Assembly (NCBI RefSeq): GCF_964355755.1
Contig: NC_092672.1
Coordinates: 21,589,237-21,653,236, forward strand
Reading direction: 5' to 3'
Length of the DNA stretch: 64,000 nt
Source of the DNA: Antedon mediterranea
Taxonomy: Eukaryota; Animalia; Echinodermata
Made by a program: the position numbers and the translations under genes. Positions 1-13,877 of this stretch are shown in pieces (within the stretch, counting starts at the first letter, position 1; each line of letters starts with the position of its first letter). The notes under the pieces were generated by a model. The model was not told the origin of the DNA and did not search any database. It worked only from the letters and a program-made list of their open reading frames with translations.

Positions 1-3000
1 TTTGAGAATTTTAATTTTCAATCTATTTCATGTTTTCAAGAATCTCATGAGCATGACAAGTTGACAATATGAATTGCATTACATTAGATTCAAAATAAAT
101 CGTCATTAGCAAGTAAGGAGAAAAGAAGGACTTGCCCTCATTTTAAAATTAGTTTGTCATAACATGTTTATATATACAGCCATGAAAAATAGGAATACCA
201 ATACCAAAAATATAGAAAGATGGGATTTATAATTTAATGAATAGAGCACTCAAACAGACAGAGGAAACATTTTTGTTTTTGGTTATGCATTTTGTTTACC
301 GTCAATACCCACATTCTGGATTTCTATAGTACATTTATCTTTCCAGTTCATATTTTATACATACAAATTGAGAACCACCAATTCATCACCATTTCCACTT
401 ACATTAAAGCAATAATTTGTATAGTATGTTTTTATGGTGAACTATTATAATTTTATTTAAAGCAATTTCAGATAAAAGCTATGCATAGAAATCTTTTGAA
501 TTGCAATAAATAAACACATGACCTTTTTGTACGACATTTAAAAAAGGCATTATAGTGAACAAAAACTATGATGCCAAGTTGGTGCTCGAGGCAGAAATGT
601 GTTTAAGGATTGTTGTATTTTTTGAAAAATCAGTAGATCAAAAATATTTAAAAAACAATAATTAAAATGAAGTTGCAACAATTTGAATATCATTTATTAG
701 TAGGAATGTACAAAAGCCCTAAACTCATACTTACAGTGAGAGCTCACACATTTCATTTTACATACACATGCACTTGAAAATGAAAGTTACACAATGATGA
801 CACATTATCTTCAAAACAAATGTAAATGTACTTTACATTAATTGTTTCTCCACTTAACTGTTTTCATAGTCACATTATTATCATTTATATGGGACTGTTT
901 TGTACTACAATAATTTATGCTGTTATCAAAATGACTTTATACTATACTGCATTTACATTGATCTTCTGTTCTGGTGAAGTAGACCCTATCATAGAGGCTT
1001 ACACTATGTATATCAAGGTCTACTCACCCTAATTTGGCCAACATTTTCGGCCGCTATAAATGTATTGGCCACGAAACATTAATTACATTACTCAAAATTT
1101 GCGCCACCTTAATTCTGTAGTATTTGTCCATAGTATTTCAAGAACGAATTCTGCTCATTATAATATTTTTAATTCATTTCCACGTCTGTTCATAACTTGC
1201 CTCCAAATGTTAAAGATAGTCTAGTTAGTTTTAGATAGTTTTCCCTTTCTTCATTTATATATTCACTTAAGAAAAACTTGCCTCAAATACCTGTCTGAAC
1301 TCAATGAAATGTGAAATGTTATTTTAAACTGTTTTTCTGTATTTACGTTTATTTAATTTTTACACTTTAGGGGTGTCATACTTTATTTCATCGTTCACAC
1401 CAACATTGATTGAATGTAATGTTTAAATATTATCTACTCAACAAAAATATATTCCATTTGTATAATGTATAGTAATAAATTAATAAACCTTACATTATTC
1501 TTTCTTTGCGCATCTAAATACCTTATAAAGTATGAATACACATGTGGTTGATAACCACAATAAAATAAAATATAGATAAATTGGCCAGACATGACATACA
1601 TGTTCTTTTAATTCTAATTGGTTTACATACTGGCCCACATCTTTCTGTTTCACTACATCATACTGGTCCTGCCAGTTGAATCTATTTCTACAGAGCAATC
1701 TCACTATTTAAACAAATTCCGAAACTTATTTAAAAGGTGAGATTCTATGGTGTTTTCTGTCTGCAAATAACTTTCTGAATTCCAATAATTCAGACAACAA
1801 TGAATAAAAATAAACAAGAAATAATTTTTACTGTAAAAAAAGACTTTCTGAGATAACAGTTTTAATTATTGTTCTTTCTTCATAAAATGATAATTTCTAA
1901 ATTGATATTCTTTTTAATAATTTAAGAAATAAAGATTTTTTATCAATTATTTTTGTTTAAAAATCAGTAGTAAACATTTTGTGTAACATATAAATGTAGT
2001 TTGAATTACTATAGACTATAGTACTATGCATATTCTGAGTGGCATTACTCTCTAAGGTTGGAGTGACCCACTCATACCCACAAACATTTCAGTGAACAAA
2101 AAATGTATAATTTTCCATGAGCCTTCGTTGTACAGCAGCAGCCGACAAACATACACACTAATCAAACAATTGTCAACTATATACACCCCATTCGGCAAAA
2201 ATATTTACCATAGAGAAAGGATTGTTTTGACCATTATTCAATGATATATATGATGGTAATTATACTTGGCCTCTATGTTGACAGCCAAAACACAGTTATT
2301 GTTTATTGAACATAGGTCTTACAAACTAATGTCTGCATACTGTACATATCTCAAAGACCCTATGTGCACATGCCCAGTTTGAGTTTACAAATTCCCATTT
2401 AGACTTTCTTACCAGACGTGCTTTGGGGTGTGCTCATGCCCAGTTTGTGTTTCTAAATACCCATTTTTCAGCCTCAGTAATCTATTATAAGCTTGTGCAT
2501 GGCTAATGCTTCCGTTCGCTTGAATGTAACTGCCTAAAGGACTGGTGCGAAAATTATTGTTTACTTTTGAAAATTAACTTTTTTATTTATTTTATTTACT
2601 GAAGTATAAAAAATGTTGATGGGATAAGCAATGATTATGGAACATACAGCACTTTATTTGTTTATTGGTATACTCCTGGTGAGCATGGTCTACTATGAAA
2701 GTTTTAGCCTCAGTGAATATTATTCACATCCTATACACAATATATTGAACTTTTTGTCTTGAATGTTCATCAAAATAATATATTAATATCAGATTATTTA
2801 TTTTTGTTTTAAATTAGTTATATATGATTAATATAATTTTTTATTAGATAATTGTTAGTTGCATTAAATTTGTTTGAAATGTCAGTATGTATACATATGA
2901 ATAAATAATGTTTATTATTTCTTTTATAATTACTGTATAATGTCTTATTTCCAGTGATTGTTTTTGTTATATCCTTGAAATAAAAAGAATATAACATTTT

Positions 3001-3310
3001 TTTTGGTGTAAATTTTAATCATTTTAACAAGTCAATTCAATAAATATAAAACACAAATAATAAAGATGTTATAAAATCTATTAAAATGTATAAATTTTAA
3101 TATTTTTTACATTGATATGATTTGTCTGGCATCAGCCAAACCTTCACCCACTTTAAAGACAGCCTTGAGCTATCCAGGGAGGTATGAAAATGGTCATGGT
3201 ATTTCTAAAAACTGTCCATTTCATCTAACAAATTTAAAAAATGAAAACATGTTTATACATATATCTGTTATGTGGTTCAAAAAGATGTCTACAATTAACT
3301 TGTTTATCTA

Positions 3311-3415
3311 TTTTAGTCGTGTGCAACGTGACTCTACAGCTCACTATGTTGGTCGTTCGGTAAACACTAACTCAAATTTGCGCACACGACTGCAGCCATG
3401 TATATGGCCTTGTTT
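3311..3415 (+). mobile_element. Mini Helentron/DINE-like element
   Basis: ttttagtcgtgtgc…gactcta…gttggtcgttcggt…cacacgact plus a gccat-gtat-atggc hairpin and ttgttttt end. Confidence 0.4.
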
Positions 3416-4089
3416 TTTATCAGATTAAACTCAACATTAATATCAATCAATCAATCAATATTTAGACTAATTTGTGTATGTCAAACCTCTTAAAACGGAC
3501 AATGTTTTGTTGGTACACTAACAAATCTTTCTTTAGAATAGTGCAGGCCATTATCTCTGATAATATAAAATAATAGATTAATTTGCATTACATACAAAAT
3601 AATAACCATGTGCAAGGCTTCCAATTGAAATGAAAGTACCAAAGCAATCGACAAAATAGGATATGCTACACTCACAATAACTTGTACTAGCTAATGCCAC
3701 CATCACACCATAGAGCAATGAACTATTTCTTTGCTCTATGATCGCACAAAGGATAATTTAAATATATTAAAGTTTTAAACATGCCCCTGAAAGTAAAATT
3801 TTGTACACCAAACCAATCCAATAAACAATATTAAATTAAAAAAAAGTTAAATAATTTAAATACCAGGCAACAACATTTTTATGTAAAAACTGGAATAATA
3901 ATAAAAATGTATACAAAAGTAGAAATAATATTTTAAAAAGCTAATTTGATAGTATTTGTGTGCATTGCGTATATGATCACACAGCAAATACAAGTTACAA
4001 ATTGAAACTTAATGGATGTATAATTATATAAAATATTAATTAACCAATAAATATGTAAAAGATGTAACTTGTATGATTTTATATTTTAG

Positions 4090-4188
4090 GATGGACGCTC
4101 AGCTTTGTATTGGGCAGCTTGGGCAGGTCACTCAGCCTGCTGTAACCTGCTGGTTGATGCAGGGTCAGACATCAATATCCAAGACATA
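4090..4188 (+). CDS. Roco-like gene, ankyrin-repeat exon (DGRSALYWAAWAGHSACCNLLVDAGSDINIQDI), phase 0-0
   Basis: 99 bp between tttag| and |gtaagt; translates to one canonical 33-aa ankyrin repeat. Joining it to the downstream exons across ~25 kb is an inference. Confidence 0.85.
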
Positions 4189-6749
4189 GTAAGTTATACA
4201 TTCTTTCATAGTCAAATTTTTTGATATTTTGTATTTTAAATATAATGATCTTTTGAGTAATAATATCTGCATGTTATAATGCTATTTAATGTTTTTATTT
4301 AACTGTATTGATGCTAGAATTGGCATTATTTGAAGTTTTTCAATATATTTTTTTCTCTGATATTTAGTCATAAAAATTGCTATGACACTATACATTTTGT
4401 CATGTTTAAACATTTCCATTGAACTCTTTATAAAACAATGAAAACTACAGCAACATACTATTGAAATATAATCCTTATTCCAAAGTGTATATATACAGTA
4501 ATTAAGTCGGAATTATGTACACTTCTATTACACAAAATTTCAATTTTTTTTAGTTCATTTTCACAAAACTGTTTAATAACTTTTGAAACACTATGATTCT
4601 ACCTATATATCACAGAGGTACAAATGATCAAAGATGCTAGTTGATAGACATATAGACTGTATTCATTTATTTTATAATTATCATCATACTCATTTGCCAT
4701 ACTCTCCTTTATTCCTTTCAACAACATCACCACCAACTCCAACCACCTCCTGGTTATAGTCACCACCACCAATCCCAAGAATGATGATGCAGAATTTGGT
4801 TGAGAGCTAAAGTGATCTTTTAATACACACCACAATTATAGTTCTTTGTTATTAGGTTGTAATTATTTTTTCTATATACAATATAAGATACAGATAGTAT
4901 ATCTGCCACATTTATTCTTTCTTTATACTCAGGATTAACAAACATAAATAAAACTGAAATAGCGAAACAAATATAATTTTGTAAGTTATTTACCGTAGCT
5001 AGTTTTTAACAAATCACCTTACATAATAATTACAGTATCAAACCACCATTACAATGTAATACAAAATGTAAAAATAAACAAATCATCATTAGCATAACTA
5101 GGTGATGATTTGGAATATTTTTAGTCTATTCAAAAAGATGTTTATTTCTTAACATTTATTTAAATATACACACACACATAGTAAATTATAGTAAATACAC
5201 AATACAAATAAAGGGAAATTGTTTAACACTAAACAACCTACATTAGAGGTGAAAAACAACAAAGAAAAACAAGAAAGTTGAACTAGACTTAAATGTTATA
5301 CACAACTGTAACAATTTCAGAGTGTATCCAACATTTAACATTATGAAATATTTTAGACCACTGACAATGGTGATCACCAGTGCTTTGCAAAGTCTGCAGT
5401 TGCACTTTATCATGTTTTATTCATTCATATTAATCTCCATCATCCAACTTTATCAAACAAAACATTTTTGAGGATAAACATACAGTAGCTATATGTAAGG
5501 TTCAACTTTAATAATTTTAAGTTTAACATTTTCTAACATTAATGTTAAAAGATTACTTTTAAAAGAACTTATATAGACAAATTTCAAATTTCAGTACAAG
5601 CTATTTAACAAAAATATATATGCCAAGTTATTGTAGCATAACTTTATATTTTAATCAATGGATGTAAATGACTTTGCATATATAAATGTATTACAATTGT
5701 TTATAAACTCTTCATTGTTGTAGATTCTATTTCAGTACAACCTTTTTTTAAACTAATATTGACCTTGGTTCGTCCTTTGTTTCAGTTGGATATGGTCCTA
5801 TTTTTTCAATTTACATTATTGATTTGATTTAGACCAATTTCATACACATTTAGCAATATTTTTTTCATTTTTTAACTAATAATATGCATAGAAAATGTTT
5901 ATTTTACTACTACAATACCACATTAAGTGATTCTTTTATTAACTTTTTTTATGGCTTTAACAAGCTGAATTCTGTCATGAGACCAATATAATAGTCTTAT
6001 AATAGACAATAAATTTCTATTGATCGTACATCTATATATAAATTTACGTAAGGGCAAAATTCGGTAAATCGCGCCTTACTTCTAGAATTTTTACACGATG
6101 GTATATAAAGTTGGTTCGTACTTTCGGTACTGATTTTAACCACCTGATCTAACCCTGTTTACTAATTAAATTGAGTTAGATAATTAGTTATTGATGATTA
6201 AAACGAATTTAGGTTCAACGATTTGCCCCAAATAGGGGTGTTTTCCGATCGTGGTATACTGTACACTGTCTAATGGATGTCCAACTTGAAAAATACCCGC
6301 ACACAATAATACGAGGACGCTTCGCATTTTCCTATCTCCTCCTACGATAATTGTTTTTAGTAGCTGAAAACCGGTTGAACTGCTCGAATACAGCATCATA
6401 ATGTTGAAGACAGGCCGATTTTCTTTAAAAAATACTATTTTGATAGATTTAATTTACGTTTTTACAAATGTATTGATTTGCGATGAATGGAACATTCCAA
6501 GCTCTCAGTCTTCCAGTTTGGTTTAACACAAGTAGATAAATTTATGAGCCCTTGGAGAATAAACTTGCAATACTTTGACAATACAGTACTGCAAATACCT
6601 ATTAACCATTTTTGGTCGTCATTTGAATCGAACATTTCTTACTGTGAATAGATGTAAACAAGAAATAAATTAAAAAAACGCTGCTCGCTTATTGAAAAAT
6701 ATTTGTTATTTCAAATGTTTTTGAATGTGTCATTTTATTGTCACATAAT

Positions 6750-7645
6750 TAGAGCAGGAGCCCAGAGGGGTCAACCTAGCTGGAAAGTTAACCAATTTCT
6801 ATGCATGTGGCAATTATCTACGTACATATTAATGTATGGAAATGACAGTCTGGCGCGTTTCTTTTGGTGGGTGTGGCTAGGAGGGACATTGTAAAGGGTA
6901 AAAAAAATGATCTAGATCAGCTGAAAAGTTAACCCCATGAAATATTTTGCAAATTGTTGGACATAGAGTGAAATATAAGGAATGGCCATTGCCAGACGAT
7001 TTTAGTGGTGGGGGGTGCCTGCCAGACCCCCATTTCTGGAGGGCCAAAAATGAGCTAGATCAGCTTAAAAGTTAACCCTCTAAAACTGGTGGGAAAATGT
7101 TCAATAAACTCATAACTATCATAAATGACCATTGCCAGACATTTTCAGTGGTGGATTGTGCCCGCCAGACCCCGTCAAACACCTCACCCCGCAAAAATTG
7201 AGCTAGATCAGCTGAAAAGTTAACCCCATGAAATATTTTGCAAATTGTTTGACATAGAGTGAAATATAATGAATGGACATTGCCAGACGATTTTAGTGGT
7301 GGGGGGTGCCTGCCAGACCCCCATTTCTGGAGGGCCAAAAATGAGCTAGATCAGCTTAAAAGTTAACCCTCTAAAACTGGTGGGAAAATGTTCAATGTAC
7401 TCATAACTATTATGAATGACCATTGCCAGACATTTTCAGTGGTGGATTGTGCCTGCCAGACCCCGTCAAACACCCCCACTCCCAAAAATGAGCTAGATCA
7501 GCTGAAAAGCTAACCTTTTAAAACATGCTGTAAAATGTTCAGCATGATCCCTAGTATAATAAATGACCATTGCCAGACATTTTAATTGGTGGGTTGTGTC
7601 CCCCAGGCCACCTCAAACACCCCACCCCCAAAAATGACCCAGATT
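6750..7645 (+). repeat. Left TIR of Academ, built of internally repeated modules (gctagatcagctgaaaagttaaccc, cattgccagac)
   Basis: Near-perfect reverse complement of ~14225..15119. Confidence 0.9.
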
Positions 7646-8572
7646 AGGACAATGGTTAACCACTGTAAAACTGGTGGGAAAATGTGTAGCATACTGTCAA
7701 GGATATGAATTGCCATTGCCAGACATTTTTATTTGCTCATTATAGAACCACCCCATCCATCCAAACCCCCTACCTAATTCACAAATGTGCCACTATGGTA
7801 TAGTTCAACATAGTGTAAAATAGGTATTCAACAGGACTTTTTTTGTCTTTTTGTGGTGTGGAAAAATGTAAATCAATTAGTCAAATGTTTATCTTTGCTG
7901 TCCAAGATGATGGGTTTCTGCAGTTAAAGGACATATTTAGAAACTGACTTATCTCTATAATGGTTCCCTAGAGAATAATGTTGTTGATTATCATCAACAT
8001 TTCAAAACAAAGGCTGAGTTTATTAAATGCATTTTGATCATGATGGAGAGTGGTACATCTTTAAAAGGTAAGTGTCCAGCTATGATTTTTTTTTTAATTG
8101 TGTATCTTAACAGTAATAAGAAACAAATACAATTAGGCCTAGGCTATGTATGGCTCATTGATAGATATTCCACAGCGTTCAGTGGCGTAACAGCATGAGC
8201 GCTCACTGGCCCATTGCTTAATATAAGGGGCCCAGTGAACAGCCCAATGCAACTATGAACCCAGGCGTTGGTATTCATGTTTTACTTGTTAGAAGTATAC
8301 GATTGATTACCATTAGGAATGTTGTTTCCTAATTTCTAATATTGTGGTTAGGAAGTCAGTGCCATGTAATTAATTAAGCTTTAGGCAAGTCTACGTATTA
8401 TGCATATTGTTTTGTATTGTTTGAGATTAGGATACAGTGTAATTAATAAAGACAATGCTTTATTAGGTTGTAAGCACTAGTAAGGGGGTATGGTGTTTAT
8501 ATAGTTACAGCTGTTTAAAGTAGTGCAATAATATAATATTAATTCACTAATTGTAGAGTTGTATTTTGTTCA

Positions 8573-8866
8573 ATGTTTATGACAGCCATTATGAATCTAG
8601 AAGAAAAACAAACAGTATCAAAAGAGCGAGACACAGAAGTATCTGTAAGGATAAATCAAGAGGAAACACACTCAGAAGAAACATCAATGACCTTGGAAAA
8701 GTCACAAAGTTGTGCAGAAACAACGCATCCATGTACAACTACAGAAGAGCAAGGAGATAAAGAATTACAACATAGTAAAACTCACGAAAAAACCTCTAAA
8801 ACTACAGAAGAGCAGGATATAAGTGAAGCAGTTGGACCAGCAGCACCAAGTATTTTACCTATATCT
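8573..8866 (+). CDS. Academ gene upstream exon, Glu/Thr-rich low-complexity (5' boundary uncertain)
   Basis: Open frame ending ata tct|gttagt in phase 0, matching acceptor ttcag|aac at 9006. Confidence 0.55.
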
Positions 8867-9005
8867 GTTAGTAATTTTAAATAGCCTATGTTTTTTCTCT
8901 TTGAAAATGTAATCTACATTTCATATTCCTTTTATTTGTAGTTTAATTTAAAGTTTGAGGTTTAAATTTAAATATGCTTGACTTGGGACATTATATTTCT
9001 TTCAG

Positions 9006-12000
9006 AACACTGACCATGTTTCAAAGTGCTACATCTGCCAAACGGTAACGGCGAACGACGATTGTAAGTTAAGAGCGTTCAGTGAAATGACATGGTCAAC
9101 TGTAAAGAATGCTGCTGCATTACGTAAGAAAATGAAGTCTGACAAATATGCTGATACAACAAACAAGGTTTTTCTTATGAAACAACCTGAAAATTCAATT
9201 AGCTATCACCCTTTATGTCATAGGTATTACACTGCCGTGAAACGTTCAAAAGAGCCTCCACCATGTTCAGACGAACTGCTCCCTAAAAAGGCTTGTATTA
9301 AAACAAGACAAAGTAGTGTCCTTCAAAAGTCAGATGAATGTGGTATGTTAAAGGGAACTTGCATATTTTGTGGAAAAGGCCGAAAGAAAAAAAATGGGAA
9401 AGAAGAGAAAAGGCTTAAGATAGCAACTGTTTCTGGGTGCAAGTCACTTTCCCAGCGGGTAAAATTTTCAAAAAATCAACGTATCAATAGTCTAATTCGG
9501 TGTGGCGTTGATCTTATTGCAAAGGAAGCAGAATATCATAAATCCTGCCGAGTTCAGTTTCTCCTAGAAACTGATAAACATGATGGTTCAACAGAAGAGC
9601 ATTCATCTTATGGAAGTAACACATCTTATGGGAGTCACAAAAAGGCATTTTCATCCCTACTGAAACATATTGAATTAGAAGTATTGGGAAAACAACGAGC
9701 TATACTTGTCTCTGATTTGCTAAGCTTTTACAAAATTGAATTTGTCAATAATGGAGGAAATCAAACTGATATCAACTCATATTCGTCCCAAAATCTTACA
9801 AGGAAAATTCAAGAAAAACTTAAAGATGAAATCAAAGTAAAACTTGCAGACAGACGAAGAGGTAACTTCATATATAGTTCAGTTCTTCTAGGAGAAGAAG
9901 CCACTGCTCGACTTTATGATAATTCTGAACAATATGTACAGGATAATAAAATAAAATGGGCTGCTCTTCATCTTAGATCTATAATCATGCAGCTTCCAAA
10001 GACAAAGACCCCAAATCCTGCTACAGTTCATAACTTAAAAGAGTGTGCTGCCAAGATACCATCACAGGTAGAATTATTCTTTAGGAGTCTTCTTGGTGGC
10101 ATCGACCAAAATGCCAATGATGCAAACAAAGACAAGTTTGACAGAAAGGTTATTTCCATGGCATCTGATGCCATCTATAATGTATCTCGTGGAACTGTGA
10201 AACCATGGAAACACACTGTCGTTGGTCTAGGTTTTACATCTCTGACAGGATCAAAACTGGCTATGCAAATTTTGAATAGGTCAGGACATTGTATTAGCTA
10301 TAGTGAAAGCAAAGGCCTTGAGACGGAGTTTGCCTATTCAGTTCAAGATGATGAACGCGACGCCCCAGACGGTATACGGCTTGACCCAACCTTGGCAACT
10401 GCATGTGTATGGGATAATAATGATGCAAATGTAGAAACACTTGATGGTAAAGAAACTCTACACGCTACAGTTGGACATACATATCAGAATATATTGCATG
10501 ACGACCAACTGCTCAATACGAATACTATTGGATTTCGGGATGGTAGAAACAGGCGGAAATTTGTTGGAGTTGAAAGAGAAATACCACCTTTTAGGATAGG
10601 TATAAATAAAGCTTTGTTTATAAGTTCCAATGCCACATCAACTACAAATGTTAGAGAATGTAGTACAATCACCGACAAAGCAATGGAATACCAAATACCA
10701 CTGAAGGCATTGGATATGTATTGGTTTTGGAAACTGAATGATGGAGATACACCCCTACATGCCGGATTCATGAGCAAGTATATCAATGATCATTTACCAG
10801 TTCAGCGCATTTGCTACATGGATCCTATATCAAAATCCCCAACAAACAATGATGTGGTTAGAGAGACAATGATCCGGACTATGGCTATTGCCAAGGAAGC
10901 TGGCCAAGACTATGCAGTTGTGACATATGATTTGGCAGTAGCATTAAAAGCTTACTCTATACAAACAATACAATCCCCCCTATTTGATAAGCTTTTAGTA
11001 TTACTGGGCAATTTTCACACAGAGTTGGCGTTTTACGGAGCAGTTGGAACGTACATTAACGACAGCGGTATCGAATATATTCTCCAAGAAGCAGATATCT
11101 TGGCTGAGGGGTCAATGATGGGTTTCATCAAAGGAAAGTTTTACAACAGGTGCACTAGAATTCACCAATTGCTTGCCAATGTCTTGGAGCAAAAGTTGTA
11201 TAAACGCTTTCTTCAAGAAATAAATGCAGAAGATCATCACACATTTCAAGAAATAATGTCAACTGCACCTTTGGACCGATCATTGATTGAAGAACATATA
11301 TCGGATCCTGTTGTAATTAATCACCTGCAGAAATACGAGAATTACTTCCAGTCAGTGCTTACTGGAAATATAGGTTCAACAGCACAATTCTGGGCTATTT
11401 ACATTTTTCTTATTAATCGACTCCATAGAGAACTTCAGAGATGTGTGAAAACAAATGATGTCACTGGCTACATTAATGTATTTCCAACCATATTATCTGT
11501 TTACTTTGCCTTGAACCGACCTAACTACGCCAGATGGGAAACTCTGTTCCTACAGAAACTGAAAAACGCTGACCCAAAGTTGCTTGAAGTACTGGAAAGA
11601 GGAGCATTTTCGATCAGACGTACAAATAAGCACTACAGTAGATCAGCTGTTGACCTTTCCTTAGAACAGACGGTCAATCGTGATTCTTCTTCAAGTATGA
11701 GAGGGATTGTTGCCTTTCGTAATTCGGAAAATGCAATGCGCCGGTGGTCATTAACTATGACTCAACGAGCCATGGCAGTCACGGAGCTGAGAAAATTTGC
11801 TGGTCTTGAATTGGGGGAAACTGCAACAGCTCAATGCCGTCCATCAAGAATAAAAAAGGACACCAAGCATATGGCTGCGCTAAGTGAAAAAATTAACGAA
11901 TTCTGCAATCCATTCTCAGATAATGCCCTAACTTCGTTAGTGAACATTGCAACTGGTCAAATAGCTTCTAAAGAGACAGAATTATACCTAACCAGTGTGT

Positions 12001-12020
12001 TAAAACGAGGTAATGATAAA
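9006..12020 (+). CDS. Academ DDE transposase, main exon up to the frameshift
   Basis: Motifs CIFC, DLIAKEAEYHKSC, GHCISY, WDNND, ETLDGKETLHATVG, VTYDLAV, LGNFH, NRPNYAR, DLSLEQTVNR, NPF; frame open from acceptor at 9006 (NTDHVSKCYIC…). Confidence 0.88.
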
Positions 12021-13119
12021 GAGAAACATTTCAAAATGAGTGGGACAGCAATAATAACAGATTTCTCCAACCTGTAAAGCGCACACGTGTACAGAATTTT
12101 GCTGCTCAAAACGTAAAGAAAAAATCTAAGCTATGTGCTTCACAGAAAGCTAAGTCCAATGCTGAGGGTTTGAGAGATATGTTTGTACGAATGGTTGTAG
12201 TTATTGCAGAGAAGACAGCATTTGATCTCCGAAATGTTCTATCGTACCCAATCACAACGTACCCACTTTCCCTTGCACACTGTGATGGATCACATGTTAA
12301 AACGCAAAAATCTGCATTGCTCAAGAAACTGGAATCCTTACAGACAGATACAATCACAGATGCAGAATTACCAGGGTGTTATGTTCAGGTATATGATGGA
12401 GGTCTTCTCCTTCATTCTGTTCTTTCACAAACAAACATGGGAGCATCGTATGCCTCTATTGCACGGATGATGCTATCAGTTGTATGTTCGGGAAGAGCTG
12501 CTGAAGTACATGTCTGTTTTGATAAGTATGTAAAGAACTCAATAAAAGACAGCGAAAGAAAGTTACGAGGTTCAGCTGACTCTACATACGTAATAACTGG
12601 TCCGGAGCAGACAATTAGACAAAGTGGGCAGAAGCTTCTTACTAATGGAGTATTTAAAAATGAATTTTCAAAGTTTCTCCTTAAAGAGTGGAAGAAAGAT
12701 CATTACTGTAATATTGTTGGTGGTAAGACCCTGGTTGTTTCATATGGTGGAGAATGCTTCCAATATGTTTCCGACCAGCAAAAAATGATGGTTGTCAGCC
12801 CTGCACACTTTCAAGGCGATCATGAAGAAGCTGATACCCTGGTTGCTTTCCACACTGCAAATATCATATCAGATAATATCATTGTAAGGGCATCCGATAC
12901 TGATGTTTTAGTTATACTAATCAGTGCTCTTGGAAGACAGCGAAAAGAAGTTCGGTGCAATGGCAACATCATCATGGATTGTGGTATGGGTAATAGTCGG
13001 CGATACATTAATGTTTCAAGCATTGTTGAAACTCTTGAAAGTTGTAAATCTGGACTTTCAATAGCACTACCAGGATATCATGCATTCACAGGATGTGACT
13101 TTACCTCAGCATTTTATAG
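12020..13119 (+). CDS. Academ XPG/PIN-like nuclease region (continuation after a -1 frameshift)
   Basis: Frame open from RETFQNEWDSNNNRFLQPVKR into YDGGLLLH, VCFDKY, SIKDSER, DHEEADT, ASDTDV, HAFTGCDFTSAFYR; donor at 13120. Confidence 0.88.
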
Positions 13120-13210
13120 GTATGAATACGTTTCTTCTTTTTTTTTTAATAGACCATATTTAAATTTACTAATTTATTAATTTTACGGTATTGATATTTT
13201 TGTTTTCCAG

Positions 13211-13418
13211 AAAAGGAAAAACTAAACCCCTAGAACTTTTAGAAAACGATGAAACTGGACAGTATGTCAATATGTTTATTGACATGGGAAAGATTGATAG
13301 TTGTGTTGATATAGATATTGTATCAGAATTTGTATGCCGCATGTATGGACAGAACACACGAGATGTGAACGAAGCACGCTACAATAAACTGGTACAAATG
13401 AATGGTAAAATTAATAAG
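13211..13418 (+). CDS. Academ exon (KGKTKPLELL…EFVCRMYG…VNEARY…)
   Basis: Splicing out 13120..13210 restores GCD.TSAFYRKGK; GT-AG sites. Confidence 0.85.
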
Positions 13419-13514
13419 GTGTGTATATTTTCGGATTGTATTTCATTGAAATAAAGACATTTTTAAATATGTAATAGTTTACACTCAGAAACCTAACTAT
13501 TTTTTTGTATCTAG

Positions 13515-13877
13515 GACAATCCACTAGCAAATATCAAACGTGTTGACTGTGCATTGTTACCACCATGTAAACCAACCCTTCAAATGAAAGTCAAAAGGGC
13601 ACAGTTTGTAACAACAATATGGACTCAAGCCACCAATGCATATCCTGAAAATGGTTTGTCACCATCAGATTTTGGATGGTGTTTGAAAGACAACCTACTT
13701 GAGCCAGTGTGGTTTGAAGGGCCATCAATTCCCGAAACAGTGTTTTCAAATGATGACACACATGATGAGGCGGAAAATGCCAGTGAAACGGAAGAAACAG
13801 AGATTGAAGAATCAAGTGATTCTGATGGCGATGCATGGAGTGAAGACTCCGATTCAGAAGAGGAATATATGGATTAA
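13515..13877 (+). CDS. Academ last exon (DNPLANIKRVDCALLPPCK…KRA…SPSDFGW… acidic tail)
   Basis: ctag|gac phase 0; LPP….RA…W…P…GW motif typical of Academ C-termini; stop TAA. Confidence 0.83.
   Translation, partial: DNPLANIKRVDCALLPPCKPTLQMKVKRAQFVTTIWTQATNAYPENGLSPSDFGWCLKDNLLEPVWFEGPSIPETVFSNDDTHDEAENASETEETEIEESSDSDGDAWSEDSDSEEEYMD

Noticed and set aside
4900-5700. Possible minus-strand LINE RT relic (DFAKA- and YAND-like words)
   Set aside because: Too degenerate to support from inspection alone.
7072-7338. 88-aa ORF mirrored at 14531..14797
   Set aside because: A by-product of the Academ TIRs, with a non-ATG start and no recognisable domain.
12010-12030. Programmed -1 ribosomal frameshift in the Academ gene
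   Set aside because: No X XXY YYZ slippery heptamer or obvious downstream structure; a 1-bp loss in an A-run (mutation or sequencing error) is simpler.
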